A stretch of 64,000 nt of DNA, from assembly GCA_963738045.1 (NCBI GenBank), contig CAVTUX010000005.1, positions 548,715 through 612,714 on the forward strand, read 5' to 3'. The stretch comes from an uncultured Verrucomicrobiae bacterium. GTDB lineage: Bacteria; Verrucomicrobiota; Verrucomicrobiia; Chthoniobacterales; UBA10450. The notes beneath the pieces are model-generated. The model saw nothing but the letters and a program-made list of their open reading frames with translations, searched no databases and was not told the origin of the DNA. Numbering within the stretch: position 1 is the stretch's first letter; the number at the start of each line of letters is the position of its first letter. Below are positions 1 to 10,055 of this stretch, one piece after another. Position numbers and translations under genes: made by a program.

Positions 1-739
1 TGAAGTCGACAAATTTCCAGTCGGTCACGTCCGTTTCCTGGAGGCCGAGGTAGTCCCGGACCGCCGGCGAAACGTCGAGCCCGGCGCCACGATTGAGATT
101 CGGTTTCGGTCGCTCATTTCCAAAGACGTATTCCCAGTGATCGGTGCGGAATGGCCCCGCGTCTTCCCATTGTGCATAGACGACGCGGTTTCCCTTGCGA
201 ATCTCGACCCAGTGGTCCTTGCAAACCGAGACGCCGGGCCCGCGATAGGCTTCCTTGAACCACGGCACGACTCGCGGCGCTTCCGGTCGATGGCCTTCGC
301 GTGATTTGTCGTTGTAGGGCAGCGCACAGTAAAACGGATTCTGCCGCGGTGTAAAATTGACCGGGATGTAATTGCTGCGGCGGGCGCGATTCGGGTCGTC
401 GTAACCGCCGTAGTTTTTCGCCCATGACTTGTCCCAGCTGCTGGCGTGATTTGGCACCGGATTGTGGCCAGAGGGATTTTCGCCAATCCAAAAAATGGTC
501 GTCACGATGTCCTTCTTCCACGGAAAGCGATCGCTGCCTTTATCGGAACCGAAGAGACTGTTAGGCGGGGTGTAGCCGATCGGGTCGACCTTGAGAAGCA
601 CATCCTTGTTCAGGCGATTCTGGTCTTTGTTCAGTTGAATTTTTTTGCCCGGCACCTGCGCCGATGCCGAGGGCGCAAGGCAGGCCGAGAGGGACGACAA
701 CAAAACGGCAATGGTGTGAGTAAATTTTCCTGGTTTCAT
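1..739 (-). CDS. secreted hypothetical protein, 5' part only (continues past the window start); possible RlpA-like double-psi beta-barrel region
   Basis: Hand translation of the minus strand. ATG at 739-737, then a signal-peptide-like MKPGKFTHTIAVLLSSLSACLAPSASAQ. The frame stays open to position 1, so there is no stop and the ORF is absent from the track. VEIRKGNRVVYAQWEDAGPF...GAGLDVSPAVRDYLGL resembles the DPBB motif of RlpA-like proteins. Confidence 0.6.
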   Translation of the reverse strand, partial: MKPGKFTHTIAVLLSSLSACLAPSASAQVPGKKIQLNKDQNRLNKDVLLKVDPIGYTPPNSLFGSDKGSDRFPWKKDIVTTIFWIGENPSGHNPVPNHASSWDKSWAKNYGGYDDPNRARRSNYIPVNFTPRQNPFYCALPYNDKSREGHRPEAPRVVPWFKEAYRGPGVSVCKDHWVEIRKGNRVVYAQWEDAGPFRTDHWEYVFGNERPKPNLNRGAGLDVSPAVRDYLGLQETDVTDWKFVDF

Positions 740-854
740 CGTAAGCGTAACTCCAGCAAATGACTGGAGAAGGGGCGCACCACTAAGATTCGGTCAGCAG
801 ACCGGAAATGCGCGTGTTATGAAGTGGCGGACCCTAGCACGACATCGTGCGCGA

Positions 855-2237
855 TCAACTCCGCGGGCCGAGAAATTTTCCAGGATTTAGAATATCGTTG
901 GGATCGAGCGCCCGTTTTAGACGCGCGTGAACAGCACGGGCGACCTCGCTAGTCGCTTCCGGCCACCAACGGGCTTTGGCGAGCCCAATGCCGTGCTCAC
1001 CGGTGATAACCCCGTCCCAGGCAAGCACCTGTGCAAACAATTCATCGAGAGCGCGCTCGACGCGATCGCGCACCACGGCCTCGTCATAATTCGCGACCAT
1101 GATATTGACGTGAATGTTCCCGTCGCCGGCATGCCCGAAGGTCGCGACTGGAAAACCATGACGCGCCTGGAGTTGAGCGGCGAACTCGACCAGCTCGACC
1201 AGCCGACTGCGCGGAACGACGATGTCCTGGTTGAGTTTGGTCAGGCCTGTGGCGCGAAGCGAGTTGCTGAATTCCCGTCGCAGGGCCCACAATTTCTCCG
1301 AGTCTTCTTCGGTCGTCGCAAGCGAGAGGTAATTCGGCTGCCTGCTGGCAAGCAGGGCCTTCAGCGCAGCCGCGTCGCTCGAAACACTCTCCGGCCGCCC
1401 GTCGAGATCTACGAGCAAGTGTGCGTTGCCTTCCGGAACGATTCCGGCGCCGGCATCCCGCCGTGCGGCTTCAAGGGTAAATTGATCCGCGATCTCGAGA
1501 GCGGAAGGCAGAAAACCCGCGGCGAAAATCGCCTGCACCGCCGCTGCGGCCTGCGGCATGGTCGCGAAAGCCGCGGAAAAGGTGGCGCGCGCCGGTGGCA
1601 ATGGCAGAAGGCGCAGAGTGATTTCGGTCACCACGCCTAGCAATCCCTCCGAGCCGACAAACAACCCGATCAGGTCGAAGCCCGTCTTGTTTTTGTGCAC
1701 CCGTCCTCCGGTGCGCAGTACTTCCCCGCTTGCCAACACCACCTCGAGACCGATGACGTAATGGCGAGTCACACCATACTTGAGGCAACGCGGACCACCG
1801 GCGTTGGTGGCAACATTTCCGCCGATGCTGCAGTCGTGCAGGCTGGCCGGGTCGGGCGGATAGAACAGCTTACGGGCCCGAACCGTGGCCTGTAGCTCGC
1901 CGGTGATCACGCCCGGTTCCACGATCGCAACCGCATCGTCGAAATGGATTTCCTTGATCCGGTTCATCCGCGCGAGGGAAAGCGCGATCCCACCGTGCGT
2001 CGGCACGCAGCCACCGACATAGCCGTAGCCCGCTCCGCGCGCCGTGACCGCAATCTTGTTGGCCGAGGCAAACTGCAACAGCCGGCTCACCTGCTCGGTG
2101 TTTTGGGCAAAAACCACAACGTCGGGCGTGCGACTGACAAACCATTTGTCGCCGCTGTGCGCGCCAAGCGTCACTTCGTCATCAGACACCTGCTCGGCGC
2201 CGAGCAGAGTGCGCAGTTCAGTGGCGAGGTTCATCAT
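855..2237 (-). CDS. FAD-linked oxidase, GlcD / D-lactate dehydrogenase family
   Basis: ORF track 855..2519. The conserved sequence begins at MMNLATELRTLLG (ATGATG at 2237-2232); the upstream 94 codons are Arg-rich and non-protein-like. FAD-binding motifs VTARGAGYGYVGG and GGNVATNAGG, plus C-terminal HAGDGNIH...TGEHGIG. Confidence 0.85.
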   Translation of the reverse strand: MMNLATELRTLLGAEQVSDDEVTLGAHSGDKWFVSRTPDVVVFAQNTEQVSRLLQFASANKIAVTARGAGYGYVGGCVPTHGGIALSLARMNRIKEIHFDDAVAIVEPGVITGELQATVRARKLFYPPDPASLHDCSIGGNVATNAGGPRCLKYGVTRHYVIGLEVVLASGEVLRTGGRVHKNKTGFDLIGLFVGSEGLLGVVTEITLRLLPLPPARATFSAAFATMPQAAAAVQAIFAAGFLPSALEIADQFTLEAARRDAGAGIVPEGNAHLLVDLDGRPESVSSDAAALKALLASRQPNYLSLATTEEDSEKLWALRREFSNSLRATGLTKLNQDIVVPRSRLVELVEFAAQLQARHGFPVATFGHAGDGNIHVNIMVANYDEAVVRDRVERALDELFAQVLAWDGVITGEHGIGLAKARWWPEATSEVARAVHARLKRALDPNDILNPGKFLGPRS

Positions 2238-2545
2238 TCCACCATAGTCGGTGGCTCGATCACTTCCACGCGCGTTCCGATTTCGGCCCCATCGAAGAAA
2301 TGTTCCGCCATCGCTGCCGGCAGGCGCACGCAACCGTGCGACGCGCGAAGGCGCGGGACGAATCCGACGTGCATTCCATAGCCAACCGTCGGGAGAATAT
2401 ATTCGGCCGCCGCGATAACTGCGGCATCGCCCTGACCTGCGCAAACGCTTTTCGCCGGGGATTTGCAGAAATGAGGTTCTGGAAATCGTTCGTGAATCGG
2501 AATACAACTCCCTGCGCATGGATTCGGAGCCGATCGTTCAGAGCA
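2234..2545 (-). pseudogene. L,D-transpeptidase (YkuD) catalytic-domain remnant lacking a usable start codon
   Basis: A minus-strand frame not in the ORF track reads ...IPIHERFPEPHF...GYGMHVGFVPRLRASHGCVRLPAAMAEHFFDGAEIGTRVEVIEPPTMVE*. SHGCVRL is the YkuD active-site motif. The frame opens after the TGA at 2548-2546 and has no ATG/GTG/TTG before the catalytic part. Its TGA (2236-2234) overlaps the start ATG of the oxidase gene (ATGA). Confidence 0.45.
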
Positions 2546-3510
2546 TCAGTTCAAGCAGTGGAAGGCGGATCAAAGTTCCCGTCGTAACGGTGGAGGACTT
2601 TTTCAACCAGCATGACAAGGGGCTGCAGCTGAAACAAGAAGGGGCCCGCATCGGATTCGATCGTCGCATCCGCGAACCAACCATCAATCGCCCCGGCCTG
2701 GCTCTGGCCGGGTTCTACACTTATTTCGCGGAGAAACGCGTCCAGGTGCTCGGAGCCGCTGAGCAATCCTATCTCGAGAGCCTGACCAAGCCGCAACGGC
2801 ACCGGCGTTTTCGGGCCCTCTGCGAGCAAAAGATCCCTTGTCTCGTCTTCTCGCGCGGTTTCCATCTCGCGCCCGACTTGCTGGCGATCGCGGAAGCGGC
2901 AGGCGTGGCGGTTTTCCGCACGCCGATGATTACGATGAAATTCATTAATGCGGCCACGATCGCGCTGGAGTTCGATTTTTCGCCGACCGTGACCGAGTTC
3001 GGCAGCATGGTCGACATCCTCGGCATTGGCGTGCTGATTCGAGGCGCCAGCGGCGTGGGCAAGAGTGAGTGCGTCCTGGGCTTGATCGAGCGCGGCTACA
3101 GCCTGGTTTCCGACGACGTGACCCGGATCAAATCTTTCGAAGGACGCGAGCTAATGGCGACTGCGCCGGATCTGACGCGCTACCACATGGAGGTGCGTGG
3201 CATCGGCATTATTAACGTGGTCTCCGTCTTCGGAATCGGCGCGATCCGCACCGAGAAGCGGCTGGACTTGGTGGTGACGTTAAAAGATTGGCATGAATTG
3301 GAAGAAGTGGATAGAATCGGGCTCGACCGCGAGCTTTACGAGATTCTCAAGATCCAGATCCCGCACATCACGATTCCGGTGCGCCCGGGACGGGATATCG
3401 CGCGATTGATCGAGGTAGCAGCGATGGATCAGAAGCTGAAGGACCTGGGGGTGAGTGGCGCGCTGGAATTTAACGAAAAGTTACTCGGTCGAATGGAGAC
3501 AAAAGGCTAA
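2518..3510 (+). CDS. hprK: HPr kinase/phosphorylase
   Basis: 330 aa ORF with P-loop GASGVGKSECVLGLIERGYSLVSDD and the typical HprK C-terminal catalytic domain (MEVRGIGIINV). It is followed directly by HPr. Confidence 0.93.
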   Translation: MDSEPIVQSISSSSGRRIKVPVVTVEDFFNQHDKGLQLKQEGARIGFDRRIREPTINRPGLALAGFYTYFAEKRVQVLGAAEQSYLESLTKPQRHRRFRALCEQKIPCLVFSRGFHLAPDLLAIAEAAGVAVFRTPMITMKFINAATIALEFDFSPTVTEFGSMVDILGIGVLIRGASGVGKSECVLGLIERGYSLVSDDVTRIKSFEGRELMATAPDLTRYHMEVRGIGIINVVSVFGIGAIRTEKRLDLVVTLKDWHELEEVDRIGLDRELYEILKIQIPHITIPVRPGRDIARLIEVAAMDQKLKDLGVSGALEFNEKLLGRMETKG

Positions 3511-3819
3511 ATGGGATTACTAAATCGACGCTCGACGACAGACGCGAACGAGAAGGCGGAGAAAGAGATGACCATCATCAATCGACTCGGTCTCCATGCT
3601 CGCCCCGCGGCCATGTTTGTCCGCGTCGCGAGCCGTCACCGCTGCGAGGTCTGGGTGGCGAAGGAAGATGAAGAGATCAACGGCAAGAGCATCATGGGCC
3701 TGATGATGCTCGCGGCTGGCCAAGGTTCGAAGTTGCGCGTGCGCGCGGAAGGCCCGGACGCCGCGCACGCGCTCCAGGAAATTGAGCAATTAATTCAGTC
3801 GCGCTTCAACGAAGAATAG
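3511..3819 (+). CDS. ptsH: HPr-family phosphocarrier protein
   Basis: GLHARPA (His-15 site) and NGKSIMGLMML (Ser-46 site). ATG 3511 abuts the hprK stop; an alternative start is ATG 3568 (MTIINRLGLHARPA). Confidence 0.85.
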   Translation: MGLLNRRSTTDANEKAEKEMTIINRLGLHARPAAMFVRVASRHRCEVWVAKEDEEINGKSIMGLMMLAAGQGSKLRVRAEGPDAAHALQEIEQLIQSRFNEE

Positions 3820-3847
3820 TTGACGCTCCGGGTAATCTGAAACCGGA

Positions 3848-5614
3848 ATGAGCGGCAATCGCGGCCACCAGGAAAAGCGTTACGAGGGAGTGTCCGCCTC
3901 CCCGGGAATTGCGCACGCACCTTTGCATGTCTTCACGATCGAGACGGACGATGTCGTGCGCTATCAAATCGACCCGGCGCACGTCCCGGACGAAATCGCG
4001 CGCTTCGAGAGCGCGCTCATTCAGACGCGGGCGCAAATCCTCGAGATGCAGCAACAGATCGCGGAAGCGATCGGCGCGAAGGACGCGGGCATTTTCGATG
4101 CGCACCTCCTTGTGGTCGAGGATCAGACGTTGATCGATGAAGTCTTGCGCCGGTTGGAGATCGATCATTGTAACGTCGAGTTCGCTTTCCATGAAGTGGC
4201 GAACCGCTACGTCGAATCGCTGAGCAAGATTGACGATCCCTATTTGCGCGAACGGGCGCTCGACATTCAGGACGTGGCCCGACGCGTGATTCGCAATCTG
4301 CAGGGAAAATCGCCGCGGGCGTTTCTCGCCGCGGATACGCCACACATCCTGGTGGCGCACAATCTCACCCCTTCCGACACCGCCACGATGAACCGCGAAC
4401 AGGTGCGCGGCCTGGCGCTCGATCTCGGCAGCCGCACTTCGCACACCGCGATCATGGCGCGTTCGTTAGGCATTCCCGCTGTCGTCGGATTGCACGACGC
4501 GACGGAGATATTTGAAAGCGGCGCGCCCGCGCTAATCGACGGTTATCACGGCCTGCTCATTATTCATCCAAGCGAAGAAACTCTGCGCGAATACGCCGAG
4601 ATCGAACGTGAGAAAGGCGCAATTGCGGAGCGTTTACGGCAGCTGCGCGAAACCAAATCGACCACCGTAGATGGTCGCCACATCGTGCTCTCGGCCAACA
4701 TCGAGTTGCCCGAGGAAGTGGACGCCGTCCTGGCCAACGGCGCGGAAGGGGTCGGCCTTTACCGCACGGAATTTCTTTACCTTAATCAAGCCGCGCTCCC
4801 AACGGAGGAGGAGCAATTCGCAATTTACCGCACGGTCGCGCAATGGCTCGCACCCAATCCGCTGATTATTCGCACGCTCGACCTCGGCGGCGACAAGCTG
4901 ACGGAGACGATTGAGAGCAGCGACGAACTCAACCCTTTCCTCGGCTGGCGGGCGATCCGGTTTTGCCTCGAAAACCTCGACATCTTCAAGGCGCAGCTGC
5001 GCGCAATTCTTCGAGCCAGCGCGGGAGGGAATGTCAAGATCATGTTCCCCATGATCTCAGGTTTGAACGAAGTGCGTCGCAGTTTGCAAATCGTCGACGA
5101 GTGCAAAAACGAGCTGCGGCGGGAAAACAAGCCGTTCCACGAGGACCTCGAAGTAGGTATCATGATCGAGGTGCCGACAGCCGCGATCATGGCGGATCGA
5201 CTGGCGCGTGAGGTGGATTTCTTCAGCATCGGAACAAACGACCTGATTCAGTATGCGGTCGCGATCGATCGCACCAACGAACGCGTCGCCCACCTTTATG
5301 AGCCGAGCCATCCTTCAGTCGTGAGGCTGCTAAAGATGGTGGCCGATGCCGCGCACGCCAACGACATTTGGGTGGGCGTCTGCGGTGAGATGGCGGGCGA
5401 GGTCTTATTCACGCCGCTCCTGTTGGGACTCGGAATGGACGAATTGAGCGTCGGCGCAACCATCGTTCCGCGGGTCAAGAACGCCGTTCAGCGCCTAACG
5501 ATCACGGAGTGCCGACAGCTGGTCGAACAGGTGCTGGAATTGGATACTCCCGGCGCCGTTCTGGCCCGTTGCACCGCGGTGGCGCAACGAAGCTATCCCG
5601 AGCTGATTTCCTAA
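3848..5614 (+). CDS. ptsI: phosphoenolpyruvate-protein phosphotransferase (Enzyme I)
   Basis: 588 aa. Phospho-His region GSRTSHTAIMARSLGIPAVVG, the PEP-utilizing TIM-barrel part (GLYRTEFLY, FFSIGTNDLIQY) and CGEMAG. Confidence 0.95.
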   Translation: MSGNRGHQEKRYEGVSASPGIAHAPLHVFTIETDDVVRYQIDPAHVPDEIARFESALIQTRAQILEMQQQIAEAIGAKDAGIFDAHLLVVEDQTLIDEVLRRLEIDHCNVEFAFHEVANRYVESLSKIDDPYLRERALDIQDVARRVIRNLQGKSPRAFLAADTPHILVAHNLTPSDTATMNREQVRGLALDLGSRTSHTAIMARSLGIPAVVGLHDATEIFESGAPALIDGYHGLLIIHPSEETLREYAEIEREKGAIAERLRQLRETKSTTVDGRHIVLSANIELPEEVDAVLANGAEGVGLYRTEFLYLNQAALPTEEEQFAIYRTVAQWLAPNPLIIRTLDLGGDKLTETIESSDELNPFLGWRAIRFCLENLDIFKAQLRAILRASAGGNVKIMFPMISGLNEVRRSLQIVDECKNELRRENKPFHEDLEVGIMIEVPTAAIMADRLAREVDFFSIGTNDLIQYAVAIDRTNERVAHLYEPSHPSVVRLLKMVADAAHANDIWVGVCGEMAGEVLFTPLLLGLGMDELSVGATIVPRVKNAVQRLTITECRQLVEQVLELDTPGAVLARCTAVAQRSYPELIS

Positions 5615-5653
5615 TTCCGGCTCTGGGAGGAGGAAGAGCAGGAGAGGACGGTG

Positions 5654-6145
5654 TTACTCCTCCTCTTCGCCCGGTTCGGCGCCCGGCTCGATCTCCGGCT
5701 TGATCCCGTCCTCCTCCATCTTGCGGAGGACGTCACTCATGTCGTCAACCTCGTCCCAGACTTCCTGGCTAACGTAGATCTGGGCTTTTTGCTGCACCGC
5801 CATCGCGATGCAATCACTCGGCCGGCCATCGAGTTCGACAATCTTTTTCTGCTGCAGCTCGTTCTCCGCCCGGATGATCATCCGCGCGTAATAAGTTGCG
5901 TTTTTCAGGTCGTTAATGATCACCCGTTCAACCCGAGCACCGAGCGCCGTCATGAGGTGGCCCATCAAGTCGTGAGTCAGGGGACGCTCCTTGACCGTGC
6001 CGCGCATGAACATGGTGATCGCGCTGCCGACGCTCTGGTCGACATAGATGATGAATACCTTGTCCATGTTGCCGAGGAAGATCGCGCAGCCGCCACTTGT
6101 CGGGAGGACGGCCCGCACCTGCACCTCGATCACCGTCTTGTTCAT
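5654..6145 (-). CDS. bifunctional nuclease (BFN/DUF151) family protein
   Basis: ORF 5654..6199. The conserved core starts at MNKTVIEVQVRAVLPTSGGCAIFLGN (ATG 6145). RPLTHDLM is typical of DUF151. Acidic C-terminal tail. Confidence 0.8.
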   Translation of the reverse strand: MNKTVIEVQVRAVLPTSGGCAIFLGNMDKVFIIYVDQSVGSAITMFMRGTVKERPLTHDLMGHLMTALGARVERVIINDLKNATYYARMIIRAENELQQKKIVELDGRPSDCIAMAVQQKAQIYVSQEVWDEVDDMSDVLRKMEEDGIKPEIEPGAEPGEEEE

Positions 6146-6307
6146 CGGAAAAACCGTATCAGAGCGGATTTGAAAAACAAGCTGGCCGGCTCCGGCCATC
6201 GGTGGAACGCGTTCTCAAGGGCCTTTTTCTAGCCGCGGAAGCCTTCTATTACCGAGAGGAGAATCTCTCAATTGAAATTGCAATCTGCTGCCCTACACTG
6301 CGCGACA

Positions 6308-8285
6308 ATGACAAAGAACGACTGGGATATTGAGGCCGCGATCGCGACATACAACGTCGACGGTTGGGGCAGCGGTTATTTCTCGGTCAATAGCGCCGGT
6401 AATGTTGTGGCCAAGCCTTTGCAGGAGAACGGCGGGTCGATTGATCTACTCGAAGTCGTCAACGAAGCGCGTGAGCGCGGGCTTGGATTTCCGCTTGTTA
6501 TCCGTTTTCAGGATCTGCTGCGGCATCGCGTGGAGACAGTCAACCACGCCTTTCAAGCGGCGATGCAGGAGTTCGGTTACCGCAACGGATATCGCGGCGT
6601 GTTTCCGATCAAGGTCAACCAATTGCGCGAGGTGATCGAAGAGATCGTCGATGCCGGCGCACCGTTTCACTTCGGCCTCGAAGCGGGCAGCAAACCGGAG
6701 CTGATCGCAGCCCTCGCCATGCACCAGGATCTCGCCAGTCTTATCATCTGCAACGGCTACAAAGATCGTGCCTTCATTCGCACGGCGATGCTCGGCCGCC
6801 GGCTCGGAAAATCAGTCATTATTGTGGTTGAGAAACTCGAAGAACTGGAGCAGACGCTTCGCATCGCAAAGGAAATGGGCGTCGAACCGTTCATTGGCAT
6901 CCGCGTGCGGCTGCACAGCAAGGGCGCCGGGAAATGGACGACGAGCGGCGGCGAGAACGCGAAGTTTGGCCTCAGCACCACGAACCTCGTCGTGGCGAGC
7001 GAAATGCTGAAAGCGCACGGGCTCGCACATTGTCTCAAGCTCGTTCACTTCCACGTCGGCTCTCAGGTACCCGACATTTCCACGATTAAGCGGGCGGTGC
7101 GCGAAGCAGCGCGCTATTACGCGAAACTTTCGAAGATGGGCCACGAGCTCGGTTACCTCGATGTCGGCGGTGGCCTCGGAGTGGATTATGACGGCTCGCG
7201 CACGACGTTCGACAGCTCGACCAATTACTCGCTCCAGGAGTATTGCAATGATGTCGTCTACAACATCATGGAGGTTTGCGACTCGGAAGGCGTCGCCCAT
7301 CCCGCGATTGTGAGCGAAGGCGGTCGCGCGATCGTCGCTCATCATTCCGTCCTCGTGGTCGAGGCGTTTGGATCGATCGAGAAAGACGTGCATACGACGA
7401 AGATCGAGCCTGCGCCTGACGATCCGAAGCCGCTGCGCGACATCATCGAGGTAAAACGCCAACTGAAGCGCGGCAACCGGCTCGAGACTTTGCACGACGC
7501 GCAACAGATCAAGGAAGAAGCCCACCAGATGTTCAACCTCGGTCTTCTTGATCTCGAAGCGAAAGCCAAGGTTGAAGCGCTTTACTGGCAGCTCGCGCGC
7601 CAGATCGTCAACCTGCACCGCGGGCTGAAATATGTGCCGGAGGAAGTGAAGGAACTGGAGACTTCGTTAGCCGATCAATACATCTGCAACTTCTCGATTT
7701 TTCAATCGCTCCTCGACCACTGGGCGCTGGGTCAGCTTTTCCCGATCATGCCGATCCATCGGCTTACAACCCCGCCTGAGCGCCATGGAACGCTGGTTGA
7801 TATCACCTGCGATTCCGACGGAAAGGTCAACAAGTTCACCGACCTGCAGGATGTGAAAGACACTCTGCCGTTGCACAAAATCATTCCCGGCGAGCTCTAT
7901 TACCTCGGAGTGTTCCTGGTCGGCGCGTATCAGGATATCATGGGTGATCTGCACAATCTGTTTGGCCGCGTCACCGAGGTGCACGTCTTCCTCGACGAGG
8001 ATGAAGAATCCGGTTGGTACATCGAAGAGGTGATCGAAGGGAGTACCGATCGGGCAAGTGCTGGCGCTGACGCAATGGGACAAGATCGAGCTGATGCGCC
8101 TGGTGAAGTTGCAGGTCGACGCCGCGATCAAGAGCGACAGGCTCAAGCCTAACGACGCGATGAAAATCCTGGCCGATTACGAGCGCGGCTTGCAGGGTTA
8201 TACCTACCTCTCGCTCGACGGTGCGGCAGCGGTTAACGGCGCCACCCCCGCCCCCTTGCCACTAGCGGCAACTGCGCAGGGCTGA
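6308..8285 (+). pseudogene. speA: biosynthetic arginine decarboxylase, interrupted by a +1 frameshift near 8048-8054
   Basis: ORF 6272..8152 is SpeA-like from MTKNDWDIEAAIATYNVDGWG (ATG 6308). After ...EEVIEGST it turns into nonsense. The conserved C-terminus IGQVLALTQWDK...YERGLQGYTYL continues in ORF 8058..8285, one frame over. One extra nucleotide in AGTACC-G-ATCGGG joins the two frames. Confidence 0.85.
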
Positions 8286-8372
8286 TTAGCGCGGGAATCA
8301 GTTGAAGGACCCAATCTCGTGAATTTCTCCAACGATGAAGTTGGCGCCCACGCAAGACCGTAAGCCTCGACC

Positions 8373-10055
8373 CTACTTCTTCTTGCCTTCGCCGGGCCGA
8401 TAATCTTCCTCGGCCGCCTCGAAAGCCTTCTCGAGACCGACCATGTCTTCGCCCGGACGGAAATTGTCGAACGCCTCGGACTCGCGCTTGAGTTCTTCCT
8501 CGGAGTAATTCGCGGCCTTGATCGAGAGACCGATGCGGCGCTCGATTTTGTCGACCTTGATGACGCGCGCTTCGACTTCCTGGCCCACCTTGAGCACGTC
8601 CTTCACTTTCGCGACGTGATCTTCGCTCAACTGCGAAATGTGGACGAGGCCATCGATGTCATCCTGCAATTGCACGAACGCGCCGAAGCTCGCCAGCTTC
8701 GTCACCTTGCCATTGACGAGATCACCGATCTTATATTTCTCGTCGATGTTCTTCCACGGATCATCGCTCAGCTGTTTGATGCCGAGGCTGATTCGTTGAT
8801 TGGTCTTGTCGATATCGATCACTTCCGCCTCGACTTCGTCGTTCTTTTTGAAGACCTCCATCGGGTGATTAATCTTGCGCGTCCAGCTCAGATCGGAGAC
8901 GTGAATCATGCCGTCGATGCCGTCTTCCAATTCCACAAACGCGCCGTAAGCGGTCATGTTGCGGATCTGGCCCTTGACCCGACTGCCGATGGTAAACCGT
9001 TTCTCGATTTCATCCCACGGATTGGGCTCGAGCTGGCGCAGGCCTAATGAAATCTTTTGCTCCTCCTTGTTCACGCCAAGGACAACGGCTTCGACTTCCT
9101 GGCCCACCGTGAGGATATCAGATGGGCGCATGATGCGTTTCGTCCAGGAAAGCTCGGAAACATGGATGAGGCCTTCGACTCCTTCCTCCAATTCCACAAA
9201 CGCGCCGTAAGGGACGAGATTGGTAATCTTGCCTTTGACCTTTTGGCCGGCCGGGAAACGCTCCTCGATCTGGTCCCAGGGATTCTTCTGCGTCTGCTTC
9301 AGGCCTAAGGAAACGCGCTCCTTTTCCTTGTTGATGTCGAGAACGAGGACTTCGAGCTGCTGACCAACCTTTAGCAGTTCGCTTGGATGACCAAGACGAC
9401 CCCAGGTCATATCCGTGATATGGAGCAGACCGTCCATGCCGCCGAGATCGATGAACGCACCGAAGTCGGTCAGGTTCTTGACCGCGCCCGAGACAGTGTC
9501 GCCGACCTTGACCCCTTCGAGGAATTTCTGGCGCTTCTCGCTCCGTTCCTGCTCGATCAATTCGCGCCGGCTAAGCACGACGTTCTTCCGATCGTCGTTG
9601 ATCTTAACGATTTTGAAATCGTAGGTGTTGCCGACAAACTGCTGGAGGTCACGGGGCGGGATGATATCGATCTGCGAGGCAGGAAGGAAGGCTTCGACGC
9701 CGATGTTGACCATAAGACCGCCTTTCACGACGGACTTCACTTTGCCCTTGATCAAGCCGTCGCCGGCAAAGACCTGCGCGATTTTGTTCCAATTCTGGCG
9801 ATAGGCCGCTTTCTCCTTCGAGAGAACGACCATGCCTTCGTCGTTTTCGAGACGTTCGAGGAGCACCTCCACTTCGTCCCCCACTTCGAGCGACTCGATG
9901 TCGTCAAACTCCGCTGTCGGAATGACGCCCTCCGACTTGTAACCAATGTCCACGAGCACTTCTCGCGGCCGGATCTCCAGAATGCGCCCTTTTACAATGC
10001 TGCCTTCTTTGAAGTCGCGCATCGACTTCGACATCACATCCTGCATTTGCAACAT
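8373..10055 (-). CDS. rpsA: 30S ribosomal protein S1
   Basis: ORF 8373..10112 with six S1 repeats (e.g. GxxVxGxVxxxxxFGAFVxL pattern x6). The likely start is one of ATG 10055, 10046 or 10034. Confidence 0.93.
   Translation of the reverse strand: MLQMQDVMSKSMRDFKEGSIVKGRILEIRPREVLVDIGYKSEGVIPTAEFDDIESLEVGDEVEVLLERLENDEGMVVLSKEKAAYRQNWNKIAQVFAGDGLIKGKVKSVVKGGLMVNIGVEAFLPASQIDIIPPRDLQQFVGNTYDFKIVKINDDRKNVVLSRRELIEQERSEKRQKFLEGVKVGDTVSGAVKNLTDFGAFIDLGGMDGLLHITDMTWGRLGHPSELLKVGQQLEVLVLDINKEKERVSLGLKQTQKNPWDQIEERFPAGQKVKGKITNLVPYGAFVELEEGVEGLIHVSELSWTKRIMRPSDILTVGQEVEAVVLGVNKEEQKISLGLRQLEPNPWDEIEKRFTIGSRVKGQIRNMTAYGAFVELEDGIDGMIHVSDLSWTRKINHPMEVFKKNDEVEAEVIDIDKTNQRISLGIKQLSDDPWKNIDEKYKIGDLVNGKVTKLASFGAFVQLQDDIDGLVHISQLSEDHVAKVKDVLKVGQEVEARVIKVDKIERRIGLSIKAANYSEEELKRESEAFDNFRPGEDMVGLEKAFEAAEEDYRPGEGKKK

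Noticed and set aside
8032-8052. 16-nt duplication or insertion (GATCG...GATCG) as the cause of the speA frameshift
   Set aside because: Removing 16 nt deletes EGST, which aligns with the conserved EGDT of E. coli SpeA (from memory). A single extra base explains the break without losing conserved residues.
8030-8060. Programmed +1 ribosomal frameshift in speA (SD-like GAAGGGAG just upstream, as in prfB)
   Set aside because: There is no slippery codon or slow/stop codon at the shift site. The second site with the same 12-mer (TonB receptor) has no SD-like element upstream. It is kept only as a remote alternative under the 12-mer finding.
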